From the NCBI GenBank assembly GCA_022822625.1, contig JAJEAV010000005.1, positions 9,965-73,964 of the forward strand: a stretch of DNA of 64,000 nucleotides, in the 5' to 3' direction. Source of the stretch: Gammaproteobacteria bacterium (lineage in GTDB: Bacteria > Pseudomonadota > Gammaproteobacteria > Arenicellales > Poriferihabitantaceae). Shown in pieces: positions 16,875 through 27,817 of this stretch (position 1 is the stretch's first letter; every line of letters starts with the position of its first letter). The notes under the pieces are model-generated. The model worked only from the letters and a program-made list of their open reading frames with translations, was not told the origin of the DNA and did no database searches. The position numbers were made by a program, and so were the translations under genes.

Positions 16875-17633
16875 ATGTCGAAGTTTCGCATCAATCAGCA
16901 ACCAGGGTTTATCCTCCACCGTCGTCCGTATTCGGAAAGCAGTCTGTTGGTCGATGTATTTACTCGAGAGTATGGACGATTGATGCTTATCGCCAAAGGT
17001 TCAAGAAAAAACAGGCAAAGATCAGTCGGCCTGTTCATTCCATTCAAACCGTTGTTGATTAGCTGGAGTGGCAAGGGAAATCTTCCAGTATTAACCGGCA
17101 TTGAGTCGAGTCGCTTTGCCATTGATCTTTCCGTGACCGCAAGAACTTGTGCGTATTATCAAAATGAACTGCTTCTCAAGTTGCTGCACCGTTTCGATAG
17201 TAACGAGAAATTGTTTGACCGCTATCGGGATTCACTGGCCGCATTGGAAGATGGGATAAATCCGCATGTGGTTCTGCGAATATTCGAAAAGCACCTGCTC
17301 CGCGAAATCGGTTTCGGACTGATTCTGGATCATGATGCATCATCAGGCGAAGTGATAGATGAAAATGCCTATTATGACTATGTCCCCGAAAAGGGTCCAG
17401 TGCATGTGCTGACACCGGACGCCGGGGCAATTAGCGGGAAAACACTCAGGGCATTGAATGACGAGAAGTTCAAGTCGCGTGAGCAGCTTCAGGAAGCAAT
17501 GAGACTAACCAGAAAACTGATTGATCTCCAGCTGAATGGAAAAGTTCTACGTACCCGGAAAGTGGCTCATGCCATGAAAAATTTCAAGGACCAGCAAAGA
17601 TTGATCGCCCTTGAGGGTGAAGGAACCGGTTGA
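16875..17633 (+). CDS. recO: DNA repair protein RecO
   Basis: GFILHRRPYSESSLLVDVFTREYGR pattern, position after era. ATG 16875 lies just past the era stop. Confidence 0.85.
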   Translation: MSKFRINQQPGFILHRRPYSESSLLVDVFTREYGRLMLIAKGSRKNRQRSVGLFIPFKPLLISWSGKGNLPVLTGIESSRFAIDLSVTARTCAYYQNELLLKLLHRFDSNEKLFDRYRDSLAALEDGINPHVVLRIFEKHLLREIGFGLILDHDASSGEVIDENAYYDYVPEKGPVHVLTPDAGAISGKTLRALNDEKFKSREQLQEAMRLTRKLIDLQLNGKVLRTRKVAHAMKNFKDQQRLIALEGEGTG

Positions 17634-17903
17634 TTTTTCTTGTGGTGGTCCATAACAGATCAAAAACCTGGCGCATTAATATGGAACATAATGGAATGGT
17701 TCGCCCCGTTGAACATGACTGCAATCTACTCTCCCCAAGCTGAAAATCTGCCTTCCAATCAAGGGTCGGACATATATGAGCATTGTTAATTCGACCAAGA
17801 CGATTTGAACTCTAGGTGGTGAAGACGCTTCTCGCCACCCAAGTTGTTTCTTGAATGCCACTGTGATTGAGAGGAGGTGCGAAACTCAAGAATGGCTTCT
17901 AAA

Positions 17904-17934
17904 CAGGGTGTTGCGCTTCATAGTGGAATTGGGG
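17904..17934. repeat. Solo copy of the right arm of the 18835-18895 palindromic element
   Basis: cagggtgttgcgcttcatagtggaattgggg compared with cagggtgttgcgcttcggagtggcattgggg (18866-18896): 4 mismatches in 31 nt, same orientation. Confidence 0.7.
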
Positions 17935-17947
17935 CAGCATAACAATA

Positions 17948-18026
17948 CCCTAATCCATAAATAGAGGTTTTTCCGCCCCAATCCCGGACCGCAACGGGCG
18001 GAAAAACCTCTATTTATGGATTAGGG
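17948..18026. repeat. Perfect 31-bp inverted repeat (hairpin) with a 17-nt loop
   Basis: 17948-17978 (ccctaatccataaatagaggtttttccgccc) is the exact reverse complement of 17996-18026. Confidence 0.9.
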
Positions 18027-18053
18027 AGATTAGAGATATATGATATAGTTTGC

Positions 18054-18701
18054 TTGATATGTTATGAAAAGCAAGTTGCTGAAGAATCTGCCATGAAAGA
18101 AATACCACCCTGGATTTGGATTACCGCAGTTTTTACGATGACTGGAATTATTTTTGCTATTGGAAAATGGGTAGGGAATGTCAACTCCGACAGAAAATCC
18201 TTCGAGGAATTCATGAAGAGGGTTGAAGAGAAGATTGAGAAAATAAATGACAAATTTGAGAAAATGAATGACAAATTAGAAAAAATATTTCATTTTCTTC
18301 CTAATGAACCACTTGAGAAAAGAACCAGTCCAATATCTTTGACGGACTATGGCAAGAAACTATCACGGGAGATTAGTGCATCAGAAATTTCCGACATGGA
18401 ATTGACTAATGTAGCTGGGCAGGTTAAAGATTTGAATGCTTATCAAATTCAGGAGTACTGTTTTGAGTTTGCCAAAAACGAATTGCTCAAGAAGCTAAAG
18501 GAAAAGCATCTGGATTTCTATGACAAGATACATGAAGTAGCTTTTCATGAAGGTATAGAGGTAGAAAAACTTACACGAGTTATAGCTTTGGAGTTGAGAG
18601 ACAAAATTTTGTCCACTCTAAACAGGCCTCATTCTGAAATTGGAGCCCGCTTCTTAATTCTGAACATGCCTGAAGGAACGCAATGTCCGAATAATGCATA
18701 G
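18054..18701 (+). CDS. Hypothetical membrane-anchored coiled-coil protein (AT-rich orphan)
   Basis: TM helix WIWITAVFTMTGIIFAIGKWV followed by a heptad-like KRVEEKIEKINDKFEKMNDKLEKIF. ATG 18093 (MKEIPPW) is the more likely start. I recognise no family. Confidence 0.5.
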   Translation: MICYEKQVAEESAMKEIPPWIWITAVFTMTGIIFAIGKWVGNVNSDRKSFEEFMKRVEEKIEKINDKFEKMNDKLEKIFHFLPNEPLEKRTSPISLTDYGKKLSREISASEISDMELTNVAGQVKDLNAYQIQEYCFEFAKNELLKKLKEKHLDFYDKIHEVAFHEGIEVEKLTRVIALELRDKILSTLNRPHSEIGARFLILNMPEGTQCPNNA

Positions 18702-18834
18702 GGAGAAATCGTGTTTCGTAGCATGAGAATCCGATGAGAAGCAATTGGGTAGGCAAGGACCATTTAGACTGAATTTCTGAGTGCTATTTTGCCCGAAATT
18801 CCCTCAAGTTCCTGATTCACAGCGAAATTCCCTT

Positions 18835-18895
18835 CCCCAATGCCACTCCGAAGCGCAACCCCCTCAGGGTGTTGCGCTTCGGAGTGGCATTGGGG
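18835..18895. repeat. Perfect 25-bp inverted repeat (hairpin) with an 11-nt loop; possible bidirectional terminator
   Basis: ccccaatgccactccgaagcgcaac (18835-18859) is the exact reverse complement of 18871-18895. The loop cccctcagggt is itself partly self-complementary. Confidence 0.9.
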
Positions 18896-19018
18896 GTCGA
18901 ACTTTGCATAGCAATATGCCCCGTAAAAGTTTGTCAAGAAATGTTTGACTTGCTGGAATGTAGATAAATTATTTACATTCGTTTGGGGTATCTGGCTTCC
19001 AGTTCGGAGTTGTTTTAG

Positions 19019-20779
19019 TTACCTTTTCTTCGGCATATACAGGTCCGTGATCGTTCCCTCAAAGGCCTCGGCAGCAAAACCAAGAGTCTCCGCCAGAGTC
19101 GGATGTGCATGGATCGTCAGTCCAATATCTTCGGCATCGGCGTTCATTTCGATAGCGAGACCCGCCTCGGCGATCAAGTCTCCGGCATTGGTGCCGGTAA
19201 TACCTGCACCAATGATACGATTGCTCTGGTTGTCGAACAGCAGTTTGGTAACACCCTCGTTTCTGCCAAGAGCCAGGGAGCGGCCGCTGGCAGCCCAGGG
19301 AAACACTCCTTTTCCGTAGTCTAGACCTTTTGCCTTGGCTTCGGTTTCAGTTACACCAACCCACGCGACTTCAGGGTCTGTATAGGCCACTGACGGAATT
19401 ACCCTGGCTTCAAAGCTGCTCTTCATGCCAGTAGCAACTTCTGCTGCGACCTTTCCCTCATGGACGGCCTTGTGTGCCAACATGGGTTGTCCGACAATAT
19501 CTCCGATGGCAAAAACATGACCAACATTGGTTCTTTGTTGATTGTCGACCGCAATAAACCCTCGTTCATCAACATTGATACCGGCCGATTCGGCACTAAT
19601 CTCCTTTCCATTCGGCATACGTCCTACACAGACCAGAACTTTATCGAAGATCATTGAATCTGGCGCATTCTTTCCTTCCAGGCTGACTTCAAGCCCCTCT
19701 TTACTGGCATTGATGCCCTTGACTCGCGTCTCCAGCCAGATGTTCGCATATCGCGACTTGATTCGCTTCAACAGAGGTTTAACCAAATCCGGGTCGGTTC
19801 CTGGCATCAGGTTTTTCATCATTTCAACAATATGGATTTTGCTGCCTAGCGAATGATAGACCGTAGCCATTTCAAGTCCGATAATGCCCCCGCCGATAAT
19901 GAGAAGATCATCAGGAATGTCGGTTAATTCCAGCGCCCCGGTCGAATCAATCAGACGTGAGTCATCATGAGGAAAGCCCGGTAACTCTACGGGACGGGAA
20001 CCTGCGGCAATAATCGCCTGATCAAAAGTTACAGTCTGACCGTTATCCAGGCTGATCGATCTGGAAGAACTGAATCTGCCAGTTGCCTGAACTACGCGAA
20101 CCTTTCTTTTCCTGGCAAGCCCGGCAAGCCCTCCCGTCAGTTGACTGACAATATTGTTCTTCCACTTCAATGTCTGTGTGATATCCAGTCTGGGATGTTC
20201 GAAAAGAACTCCGGCTTCGCTGATCTCTTCGCTTTCGTCAATCATTTTGGCAACGTGCAGGAGCGCTTTTGAAGGGATACATCCGACATTCAAGCAGACC
20301 CCGCCCAAACTCGGGTAGCGCTCAACCATGATTACGTCAAGACCAAGATCTGCCGCCCGGAATGCAGCAGTATAGCCACCGGGCCCAGACCCCAATACCA
20401 CTAGTTGTGCATGCATGTCACCTTCAACTTCAAGTGCGTCAGAGCCGGGTTTTCGAGTTTCGACAGGAGTCGAACTTGTCTCGACAGATTCTGCTTCTTT
20501 TTCTTCAGTCGTTTCCTCTGGAGTTGACTGCTGGTCGGTAGTTCCATCGATATCCAGTTCAATCAGGGGATGACCCATGGACACCGGGTCGCCTACGGAG
20601 ACCAGTAACTTGACGACAGTACCCCCTTCAGGCGAGGGGATTTCCATGATCGCCTTATCGCTCTCAATGGCCAGGATATTATCTTCTGCTTCGACCGTAT
20701 CTCCTTCCGAGACATAGATTTCAACAATCGGGACATTTTCAAAATCTCCCAAATCCGGTGTTTTTATTGTTTTTGCCAT
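19019..20779 (-). CDS. lpdA: Dihydrolipoyl dehydrogenase (E3) with N-terminal lipoyl domain
   Basis: N-terminal lipoyl motif ESDKAIMEIPSP, FAD motif GSGPGGY, redox-active CLNVGCIPSK; 586 aa. Confidence 0.9.
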   Translation of the reverse strand: MAKTIKTPDLGDFENVPIVEIYVSEGDTVEAEDNILAIESDKAIMEIPSPEGGTVVKLLVSVGDPVSMGHPLIELDIDGTTDQQSTPEETTEEKEAESVETSSTPVETRKPGSDALEVEGDMHAQLVVLGSGPGGYTAAFRAADLGLDVIMVERYPSLGGVCLNVGCIPSKALLHVAKMIDESEEISEAGVLFEHPRLDITQTLKWKNNIVSQLTGGLAGLARKRKVRVVQATGRFSSSRSISLDNGQTVTFDQAIIAAGSRPVELPGFPHDDSRLIDSTGALELTDIPDDLLIIGGGIIGLEMATVYHSLGSKIHIVEMMKNLMPGTDPDLVKPLLKRIKSRYANIWLETRVKGINASKEGLEVSLEGKNAPDSMIFDKVLVCVGRMPNGKEISAESAGINVDERGFIAVDNQQRTNVGHVFAIGDIVGQPMLAHKAVHEGKVAAEVATGMKSSFEARVIPSVAYTDPEVAWVGVTETEAKAKGLDYGKGVFPWAASGRSLALGRNEGVTKLLFDNQSNRIIGAGITGTNAGDLIAEAGLAIEMNADAEDIGLTIHAHPTLAETLGFAAEAFEGTITDLYMPKKR

Positions 20780-20788
20780 AATTAAAGT

Positions 20789-22117
20789 CTATAAGGCCAG
20801 CCTTCTAACGTCCGAGAACGAGTGCACAAGATGTGCAGCGAAGCGAGCTGCTTCTGCACCATCAATAACACGATGGTCGTAAGATACATCAATCGGCAAC
20901 ATCATACGGGGCTCGAATTCCCTGCCATTCCAGACCGGAGTCATCTTGCTGCGGGACAAACCAATAATGGCCACTTCTGGTGCATTGATAATCGGTGTAA
21001 AACCACGGCCACCAATACCGCCGAGACTGGAAATGCTGATACATCCTCCCCTGAGATCGGAGGGTTTCAGTTTGCTATCACGAGCCCGTTCACTGACTTC
21101 TGCCAGGTCCCTGGCTAGATCAAAAATGCTTTTTCGATCTACATTTTGTATGACCGGAACTACCAGGCCATTGGGGGTATCTACAGCAATCCCGATATTG
21201 AAATATTTCTTGAGAATCAACTCTTCACCATTCGGAGACAGGGATGCGTTGAATGTCGGGAATTTTTTCATTGCATTCACCAACACCTTCATCGCAAAGG
21301 ACAGGATAGTGATTCTGAGGCCTTGACTTGCTGCTTCATCCTTGAGCGAGCGACGAAAATCCTCAAGGTTGGTAATGTCTGCTTCATCATGGTGGGTTAC
21401 ATGAGGAATGCTGACCCAGGAACGATGAAGATGTGGTCCAGAGAGTTTCTTTATGCGTGAAAGAAACAGTTTTTCGACCTCCCCAAATTCAGAAAAGTCA
21501 ATCTCTGGCATCGGTGCAATCCCAAGACCCGGGGCAGCCGATTTTTTATTTGACTCCTCTAGTTGTTGCTTGGTCCATGTTTTGACATCTTCCTTGAGGA
21601 TACGCCCTTTGGGTCCCGTTCCTCTGATTCTGTGCAGACTGGCACCGAGTTCTCGGGCAAAACGTCTTACAGCCGGACTTGCATGTGGAATCGCATCTGA
21701 TCTCTCCGTCCTCTCGGGCGTCGGAGGTATGATCGATTTGGCCGCAGTACCCGTTTTCACAGGCTCGGGTTTGGTGTCTGGAACCGACTCCTGTCGTGCC
21801 TTGTGCTGCCCGGCTTCTGGAACGGGCATGACCTCGGATTCGGACTTGCTCGGTGTTTCTGCTTTTTCTGGCGCGTCTCCTGTCGTATCTTCTTCAAGTT
21901 CAAGAACGAGCACTCCTTCCGAGACTCGATCGCCAACACTTACATGCAGTTTACTGATTACTCCGCCCACAGGGCATGGGATGGGCATGGTCGCCTTGTC
22001 ACTTTCGAGAGTCAGTAACTCGTCTTCCGGCTCAACCCGGTCCCCTACATTGAACAGGACGTCGATGATTTCAACATCCTGAAAGTCGCCAATATCTGGG
22101 ATTTTTACTTCAATCAT
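20789..22117 (-). CDS. aceF: Pyruvate dehydrogenase E2 dihydrolipoamide acetyltransferase
   Basis: Lipoyl motif LESDKATMPIP, an E3-binding domain, and catalytic DHRVIDGA. Confidence 0.9.
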   Translation of the reverse strand: MIEVKIPDIGDFQDVEIIDVLFNVGDRVEPEDELLTLESDKATMPIPCPVGGVISKLHVSVGDRVSEGVLVLELEEDTTGDAPEKAETPSKSESEVMPVPEAGQHKARQESVPDTKPEPVKTGTAAKSIIPPTPERTERSDAIPHASPAVRRFARELGASLHRIRGTGPKGRILKEDVKTWTKQQLEESNKKSAAPGLGIAPMPEIDFSEFGEVEKLFLSRIKKLSGPHLHRSWVSIPHVTHHDEADITNLEDFRRSLKDEAASQGLRITILSFAMKVLVNAMKKFPTFNASLSPNGEELILKKYFNIGIAVDTPNGLVVPVIQNVDRKSIFDLARDLAEVSERARDSKLKPSDLRGGCISISSLGGIGGRGFTPIINAPEVAIIGLSRSKMTPVWNGREFEPRMMLPIDVSYDHRVIDGAEAARFAAHLVHSFSDVRRLAL

Positions 22118-22121
22118 TCTG

Positions 22122-24860
22122 CTACACCATTCTCGGATTGGGCTTTCCAGTATCTATCTGCATGTCCTGAATTGCCCTGGCTACTGTTTTTTGGTCAATA
22201 GCCTCCTGATCGGCCAGAGCCTTCAATGCCGCAGTAGCAATGTAGCGATGGTCAACCTCAAAAAACTTTCTGAGTTGGGCCCGTGTGTCACTGCGTCCAA
22301 ACCCATCGGTTCCGAGAACACTATAACGCCCCGGCACATAGGCACGAATTTGTTCAGCATACAGCCGCATGTAGTCGGTTGCTGCAATCACGGGGCCTTC
22401 CGTGTTTTCCAGACAAAGTTCCACATAAGATTTTTGTCGAGGATTCTCGGGGTGAAGGCGGTTTTGACGCTCAACATCATTGCCGTCTCTGGCAAGCTCA
22501 TTGAAACTGGTTACGCTCCAGATATTGGTGGTTACATTGTAGTCCTTGTCCAGAATCTCGGCGGCAGCTTCCGCTTCCCGTAGAATCGTCCCGCTACCAA
22601 GGAGTTGAACCATGTTTTTATTGGAGTCTTTACCCACTTTCTTCAACAGGTACATGCCTCGCAAAATACCTTCCTCGGCATTCTCCGGCATTGCCGGGTG
22701 GGGATAGTTTTCATTCATTACGGTAATGTAGTAATAGATGCTCTCCTCTTCCTGGTACATGCGCCGCAACCCATCGTGAATAATCACCGCTAGCTCATAA
22801 CTGTAGGTAGGATCATAGGAAACACAGTTCGGTACCGTAGAGGCCAGGATCAGACTGTGTCCGTCCTGATGTTGCAGTCCCTCTCCGGCAAGTGTGGTCC
22901 GCCCGGCAGTGCCACCCAGAATAAATCCTCTCGCTCGGCTATCCCCGGCAGCCCAGCACAGGTCACCGATCCTCTGGAAGCCAAACATGGAATACAGAAT
23001 GAAAAAAGGAATCGCACAGTAGTCGTGGTTGCTGTAGGAAGTGCCTGCGGCAATCCAGGACGACATGGCACCTGCTTCACTAATCCCTTCCTGAAGAACC
23101 TGTCCGGTTTTGTCCTCCCTGTAAAACATCAACTGATCAGAATCGACCGGTTCATACAATTGACCATGCGGTGAATAAATGCCAAGTTGTCTGAACATGC
23201 CCTCCATACCGAAGGTTCTGGATTCGTCCGGAATAATCGGTACGATCCGATCTTTCAGGCTCTTGTCCCGAATCAATGAAGAAAGAATTCTCACGAACGC
23301 CATGGTGGTCGAGATTTCACGGTCACCGGTACCTTCCAGTTGCGTCTTGAAGATGTCCATCCCGGGAAGGTTTATTGCCGGTCCACTGAAGATTTTTCGG
23401 GTCGGAAGAAAGCCCCCCAGGGCATTTCTTCTCTCCAGCAGGTATCGGGTTTCTTCGGAGTCTTCCGCGGGCCGATAAAAGGGAGTTTTTGCAACCTCTT
23501 CATCGGTTAACGGGATATTGAAGCGATCCCTGAAAGCAAGGAGTGACTGTTCCCCCATTTTTTTTTGCTGGTGAGTGGTATTCTGGCCTTCTCCGGCTTC
23601 ACCCATGCCATAGCCCTTGACCGTCTTGGCCAGAATAACCGTTGGCTGCCCCTCATGATGAGTTGCAGCATGGTAGGCCGCATAAATCTTGTGAGGGTCA
23701 TGGCCGCCGCGATTGAGCCGCCAGATATCTTCATCGGTCAGATTTGCGACCATGGCTTTCAAGTCGGGATACTTGCCAAAGAATTTCTCTCGGACATATG
23801 CACCATCGTTGGCCTTGAAGGCCTGATATTCACCATCCACCGCTTCTTCCATGCGATGTCTCAGAATGCCTTTCTCGTCCCGCATCAGGAGCTTATCCCA
23901 GTAGCCTCCCCAGATCAGCTTGATGACATTCCAGCCCGCACCACGAAAATCACTCTCCAGTTCCTGGATGATTTTTCCATTTCCGCGCACAGGTCCATCA
24001 AGTCTCTGTAGGTTGCAGTTGACGACAAAAATCAGATTGTCGAGATTCTCGCGGCCGGCGAGTGCCAGGGCACCGACGGATTCTGGTTCATCCATTTCAC
24101 CATCTCCCAGAAACACCCAGATTTTCCTGTCCTTGGCATCAATCAGCCCACGATTATGCAGGTATTTCATGAAACGAGCCTGATAGATCGCCATGATGGG
24201 ACCGAGTCCCATTGAGACCGTCGGAAATTGCCAGAAGTCCGGCATTAACCATGGGTGGGGGTAGGAAGACAGGCCCCCGCCATCCACTTCTTGACGGAAT
24301 TTGCCCAGAACATCTTCATCAAGGCGTCGTTCGAGATAGGCACGAGCGTATATTCCCGGGGCAGAATGACCCTGAATAAAAATCATGTCACCAAGATGTT
24401 CGGGAGTGGCAGCTCGCCAGAAATGGTTAAAGCCGACATCATAAAGTGTGGCTGCAGAAGCAAAACTTGCGATATGTCCCCCCAATTCCGTTGAGATACG
24501 GTTTGCCCTGATAACCATGGCCATGGCATTCCAGCGAATCAATGCCCGGATTCGCCATTCCAGCGTATGATCACCCGGACTCGGTTTTTCCATATGCAAA
24601 GGTATCGTATTCAGATAGGCCGTATTCGCCTGATAGGGGATATGCACGCCTCGACGGCGTGAGTGACTGATCAGGGATTCGATAATATAGTGGGCACGTT
24701 CCTGACCTTGAGTTTCCAGCACGGCTTCCAGTGAATCCAGCCATTCTCGAGTTTCGATTTCATCAATATCAGTTGTAGTATTGGGATTGACCATGTTCGA
24801 TAACCAGTTGTTCATTTCGTTCCATGCATGAATGCCTGATACTGCATTTGCGTCAGTCAT
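22122..24860 (-). CDS. aceE: Pyruvate dehydrogenase E1 component (homodimeric type)
   Basis: ~912 aa. ETREWLDSLEAV N-terminus, a ThDP-binding GDGEMDEPE motif, and full-length AceE similarity. Confidence 0.95.
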   Translation of the reverse strand: MTDANAVSGIHAWNEMNNWLSNMVNPNTTTDIDEIETREWLDSLEAVLETQGQERAHYIIESLISHSRRRGVHIPYQANTAYLNTIPLHMEKPSPGDHTLEWRIRALIRWNAMAMVIRANRISTELGGHIASFASAATLYDVGFNHFWRAATPEHLGDMIFIQGHSAPGIYARAYLERRLDEDVLGKFRQEVDGGGLSSYPHPWLMPDFWQFPTVSMGLGPIMAIYQARFMKYLHNRGLIDAKDRKIWVFLGDGEMDEPESVGALALAGRENLDNLIFVVNCNLQRLDGPVRGNGKIIQELESDFRGAGWNVIKLIWGGYWDKLLMRDEKGILRHRMEEAVDGEYQAFKANDGAYVREKFFGKYPDLKAMVANLTDEDIWRLNRGGHDPHKIYAAYHAATHHEGQPTVILAKTVKGYGMGEAGEGQNTTHQQKKMGEQSLLAFRDRFNIPLTDEEVAKTPFYRPAEDSEETRYLLERRNALGGFLPTRKIFSGPAINLPGMDIFKTQLEGTGDREISTTMAFVRILSSLIRDKSLKDRIVPIIPDESRTFGMEGMFRQLGIYSPHGQLYEPVDSDQLMFYREDKTGQVLQEGISEAGAMSSWIAAGTSYSNHDYCAIPFFILYSMFGFQRIGDLCWAAGDSRARGFILGGTAGRTTLAGEGLQHQDGHSLILASTVPNCVSYDPTYSYELAVIIHDGLRRMYQEEESIYYYITVMNENYPHPAMPENAEEGILRGMYLLKKVGKDSNKNMVQLLGSGTILREAEAAAEILDKDYNVTTNIWSVTSFNELARDGNDVERQNRLHPENPRQKSYVELCLENTEGPVIAATDYMRLYAEQIRAYVPGRYSVLGTDGFGRSDTRAQLRKFFEVDHRYIATAALKALADQEAIDQKTVARAIQDMQIDTGKPNPRMV

Positions 24861-25159
24861 TATAAGCAATAATTCCGGGGGTTGATTGCCGAAATGGAAG
24901 TATTCGGCCTCTGTTCAGTAGTCGAAGTCGGTCTCTCAACCTGATTCGCAGCACCTCTTTACAAGTAGCATCGAACAGTTTTCCGCATGTATTCTTGTCA
25001 GGGCATTGGCCAATTTGAAGTGCCGGATATGCTATAATTCGCTTTTGAAAATGATACCTCAAAAGACCGCCTCAAGCCCTGTATACCTGTTTCATTTGCT
25101 GAACCCCCCGTATGCTGGATTTGTGAACCGCGGTCTGGGTCTCTTATGGCTTTTCTCTC

Positions 25160-27817
25160 ATGAATGACATCCCGTTTGCATTAGAAACGCTTCCAGCCAA
25201 CCTCGAGAAGGAAATGCGGCAATCCTATCTGGATTACGCCATGAGCGTAATTGTCGGCCGCGCTTTGCCCGACCTTCGGGACGGGCTTAAACCCGTACAC
25301 CGTCGTGTGCTGTATGCCATGCTTGAATCAGGCAATGACTGGAACAAGCCCTACAAGAAATCGGCCCGTATTGTCGGTGATGTAATCGGCAAGTACCATC
25401 CTCATGGAGACAGCGCAGTTTATGACACAATCGTGCGTCTGGCCCAGACCTTCTCGATGCGCTACACCCTGATTGACGGGCAGGGCAACTTCGGGTCGGT
25501 TGATGGCGATGCTCCTGCAGCCATGCGTTATACGGAAATTCGCCTGTCCAAAATTGCCCATGAGCTGCTGACCGATATCGACAGGGAAACAGTGGATTTT
25601 GGTCCGAACTACGACGACACCGAAATGCAGCCACTGGTCTTGCCTACCCGCATTCCGAATCTGCTGGTCAACGGGTCTGCAGGGATTGCCGTAGGCATGG
25701 CGACCAATATCCCGCCGCATAATCTGGGCGAGACTATCGATGCCTGTCTGGCTCTCATCAGGAATCCGGACCTGGAAGTCAGTGCACTGATGGAATACCT
25801 GCCTGGGCCGGATTTCCCTACCGCAGGCATTATTCTCGGCTCCCAGGGAATCCGTGAGGCGTACGAGACGGGCAGGGGCCGTGTGGTCGTACGTGCCAGG
25901 ACTGAAATCCAGACACTCGATAATGGGCGCGAATGCATTGTCGTTCATGAATTGCCATATCAGGTAAACAAGGCACATCTGCTGGAGAAGATCGGCGAAC
26001 TTCATCGAAACAAACGCATTGAAGGCATCGCTGCACTTCGCGATGAGTCGGATAAATCCGGAATGCGGATGGTGATAGAGGTTAAGCGTGGTGAACAGGT
26101 AGAAGTGCTACTCAATAATCTGTACTCACAGACCAGAATGCAGACCGTGTTCGGTATCAACATGGTTGCACTGAATGAGAATCAACCCAGTTTGTTTGGT
26201 CTGAAGGAAATTCTCCAGAAATTTGTTGCACATCGCCGTGAAGTAGTAACCCGAAGAACCCTGTTTGAACTCGGAAAGGCGAGAGATCGTGCGCATATGC
26301 TTGAGGGCTTGGCTGTTGCCCTGTCGAATGTGGATGAGGTTATTGCGTTAATCCGTGCGGCAGTTAATCCAGCTGAGGCCAGGCAGAAATTGCTCGAACG
26401 GTTCTGGAATCCGGGGGTTGTCGAAGAATTGGTCTCAAACAGCGACAGCTCCCTGTCGAGACCGTCCGGCCTGGATGAAGAATATGGAATCAGTGCCGGT
26501 GCTGAAGGATATCGACTCACTGTCGAACAGGCTCAGGCTATCCTTGATTTGCGGTTGCAGCGATTGACCGGGCTTGAACGTGAGAAAATCATCGGGGAGT
26601 ACACGGAGATTATCGAGAAAATCCGCGAGTTGCTGAATATTCTGGAGGATCCAGACCGATTGCTCGAAGTAATCCGTGAGGAACTGGAAGCAATCAGGGG
26701 AACCTTTGACGACCCGAGACGAACGGAAATTGCCGAAGGCATCGTTGATCTTACTTTGGCAGACCTGATTCCCGTGGAAGACCTGATTGTCACCATTTCT
26801 CGTGAAGGCTATGCAAAAGCCCAGAAAATTTCCGAATACACTTCGCAGAAGCGGGGAGGCAAGGGCAAGATTGCAACTCGTACCAAGGAGGAGGATTTCG
26901 TTGAGCGGATGTTCGTGGCCAATTCGCATGAAACGATTCTGTGCTTTTCAAGTGCGGGCAAGGTTTATTGGCTAAAGACGTATGAGTTTTTCCAGGCGGG
27001 GCGGCAAGCTCGTGGCAAACCGCTGGTCAATCTCCTGCCTCTGGCAGCCGATGAACAGATCACGGCAGTATTGCCGATAAGTGAATACGATCAGGAAAAG
27101 ACACTGGTGATGGTAACGTCCCGGGGCATCATCAAGCGTTGTGCGATGAAGGCATTCTCAAGGGCTCGCAGTACGGGGTTGATTGCGGTCAATCTTCTTG
27201 AGGACGATTACCTGATTGATGTTGCACTTACAGATGGATCCCGGGATGTTTTGTTGCTCAGCGACGAGGGCCGTGCCATTCGTTTTTCCGAGTCCAGGGT
27301 GCGCATCATGGGACGAATGGCACGTGGTGTGCGCGGGATTCGGCTTGGTGATGTTGCCCGCGTGATTTCAATGGCAATTCTACCGTCTGCGGATGAACTT
27401 CCCGACACATCGGAGGATGAGAAATCAACCATCCTGATTTGTACCAGAAACGGATACGGAAACAGGACTTCAGTCAATGATTACCCTTGTAAAGGACGTG
27501 CAGGCAAGGGAGTCATCGCCATAAAGACCAGCAAGCGCAATGGCAAGGTGGTCGCGGCGCATGTGGTCAGGAACGAGGATGAGGTAATGATGATTACCAA
27601 TGGTGGTACCTTGATTCGTACCAATGTCAGAGAAATTTCCGTGATTGGACGAAATACCCAGGGTGTTCGACTGATTTCCCTGACGCAAGATGATACTCTG
27701 GTCAGCATGACCAAGGTTGTCGAACCGGATGAGGTAGAAGTAGAAGTAGAGGAAGAGCAGAACGGCAGTGCTGTGACAAGAGACCATGCTGAAGTAATCG
27801 ACGAGTCCAGCGATTAA
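25160..27817 (+). CDS. gyrA: DNA gyrase subunit A
   Basis: AAMRYTE active-site Tyr region, a QRDR segment [10 protein letters not shown], and an acidic C-terminal tail. Confidence 0.97.
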   Translation: MNDIPFALETLPANLEKEMRQSYLDYAMSVIVGRALPDLRDGLKPVHRRVLYAMLESGNDWNKPYKKSARIVGDVIGKYHPHGDSAVYDTIVRLAQTFSMRYTLIDGQGNFGSVDGDAPAAMRYTEIRLSKIAHELLTDIDRETVDFGPNYDDTEMQPLVLPTRIPNLLVNGSAGIAVGMATNIPPHNLGETIDACLALIRNPDLEVSALMEYLPGPDFPTAGIILGSQGIREAYETGRGRVVVRARTEIQTLDNGRECIVVHELPYQVNKAHLLEKIGELHRNKRIEGIAALRDESDKSGMRMVIEVKRGEQVEVLLNNLYSQTRMQTVFGINMVALNENQPSLFGLKEILQKFVAHRREVVTRRTLFELGKARDRAHMLEGLAVALSNVDEVIALIRAAVNPAEARQKLLERFWNPGVVEELVSNSDSSLSRPSGLDEEYGISAGAEGYRLTVEQAQAILDLRLQRLTGLEREKIIGEYTEIIEKIRELLNILEDPDRLLEVIREELEAIRGTFDDPRRTEIAEGIVDLTLADLIPVEDLIVTISREGYAKAQKISEYTSQKRGGKGKIATRTKEEDFVERMFVANSHETILCFSSAGKVYWLKTYEFFQAGRQARGKPLVNLLPLAADEQITAVLPISEYDQEKTLVMVTSRGIIKRCAMKAFSRARSTGLIAVNLLEDDYLIDVALTDGSRDVLLLSDEGRAIRFSESRVRIMGRMARGVRGIRLGDVARVISMAILPSADELPDTSEDEKSTILICTRNGYGNRTSVNDYPCKGRAGKGVIAIKTSKRNGKVVAAHVVRNEDEVMMITNGGTLIRTNVREISVIGRNTQGVRLISLTQDDTLVSMTKVVEPDEVEVEVEEEQNGSAVTRDHAEVIDESSD

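Noticed and set aside
17948-18895. Integron gene cassette with attC sites
   Set aside because: The hairpins are perfect palindromes rather than imperfect attC structures with extrahelical bases. I do not see R''/R' (RYYYAAC / GTTRRRY) cores at their outer ends, and no intI is present in the window.
21453-22082. 209-aa plus-strand Ser/Pro/Gly-rich ORF
   Set aside because: It is antisense to the aceF lipoyl/linker region. Its low-complexity composition mirrors the Ala/Pro-rich linker on the coding strand.
25328-26005. 225-aa minus-strand ORF, and other long antisense ORFs inside gyrA, acs (5991-6542), rnc/era (15592-16131) and groEL (59907-60494)
   Set aside because: All lie inside genes with unambiguous full-length homology on the opposite strand, and none has motifs of its own.
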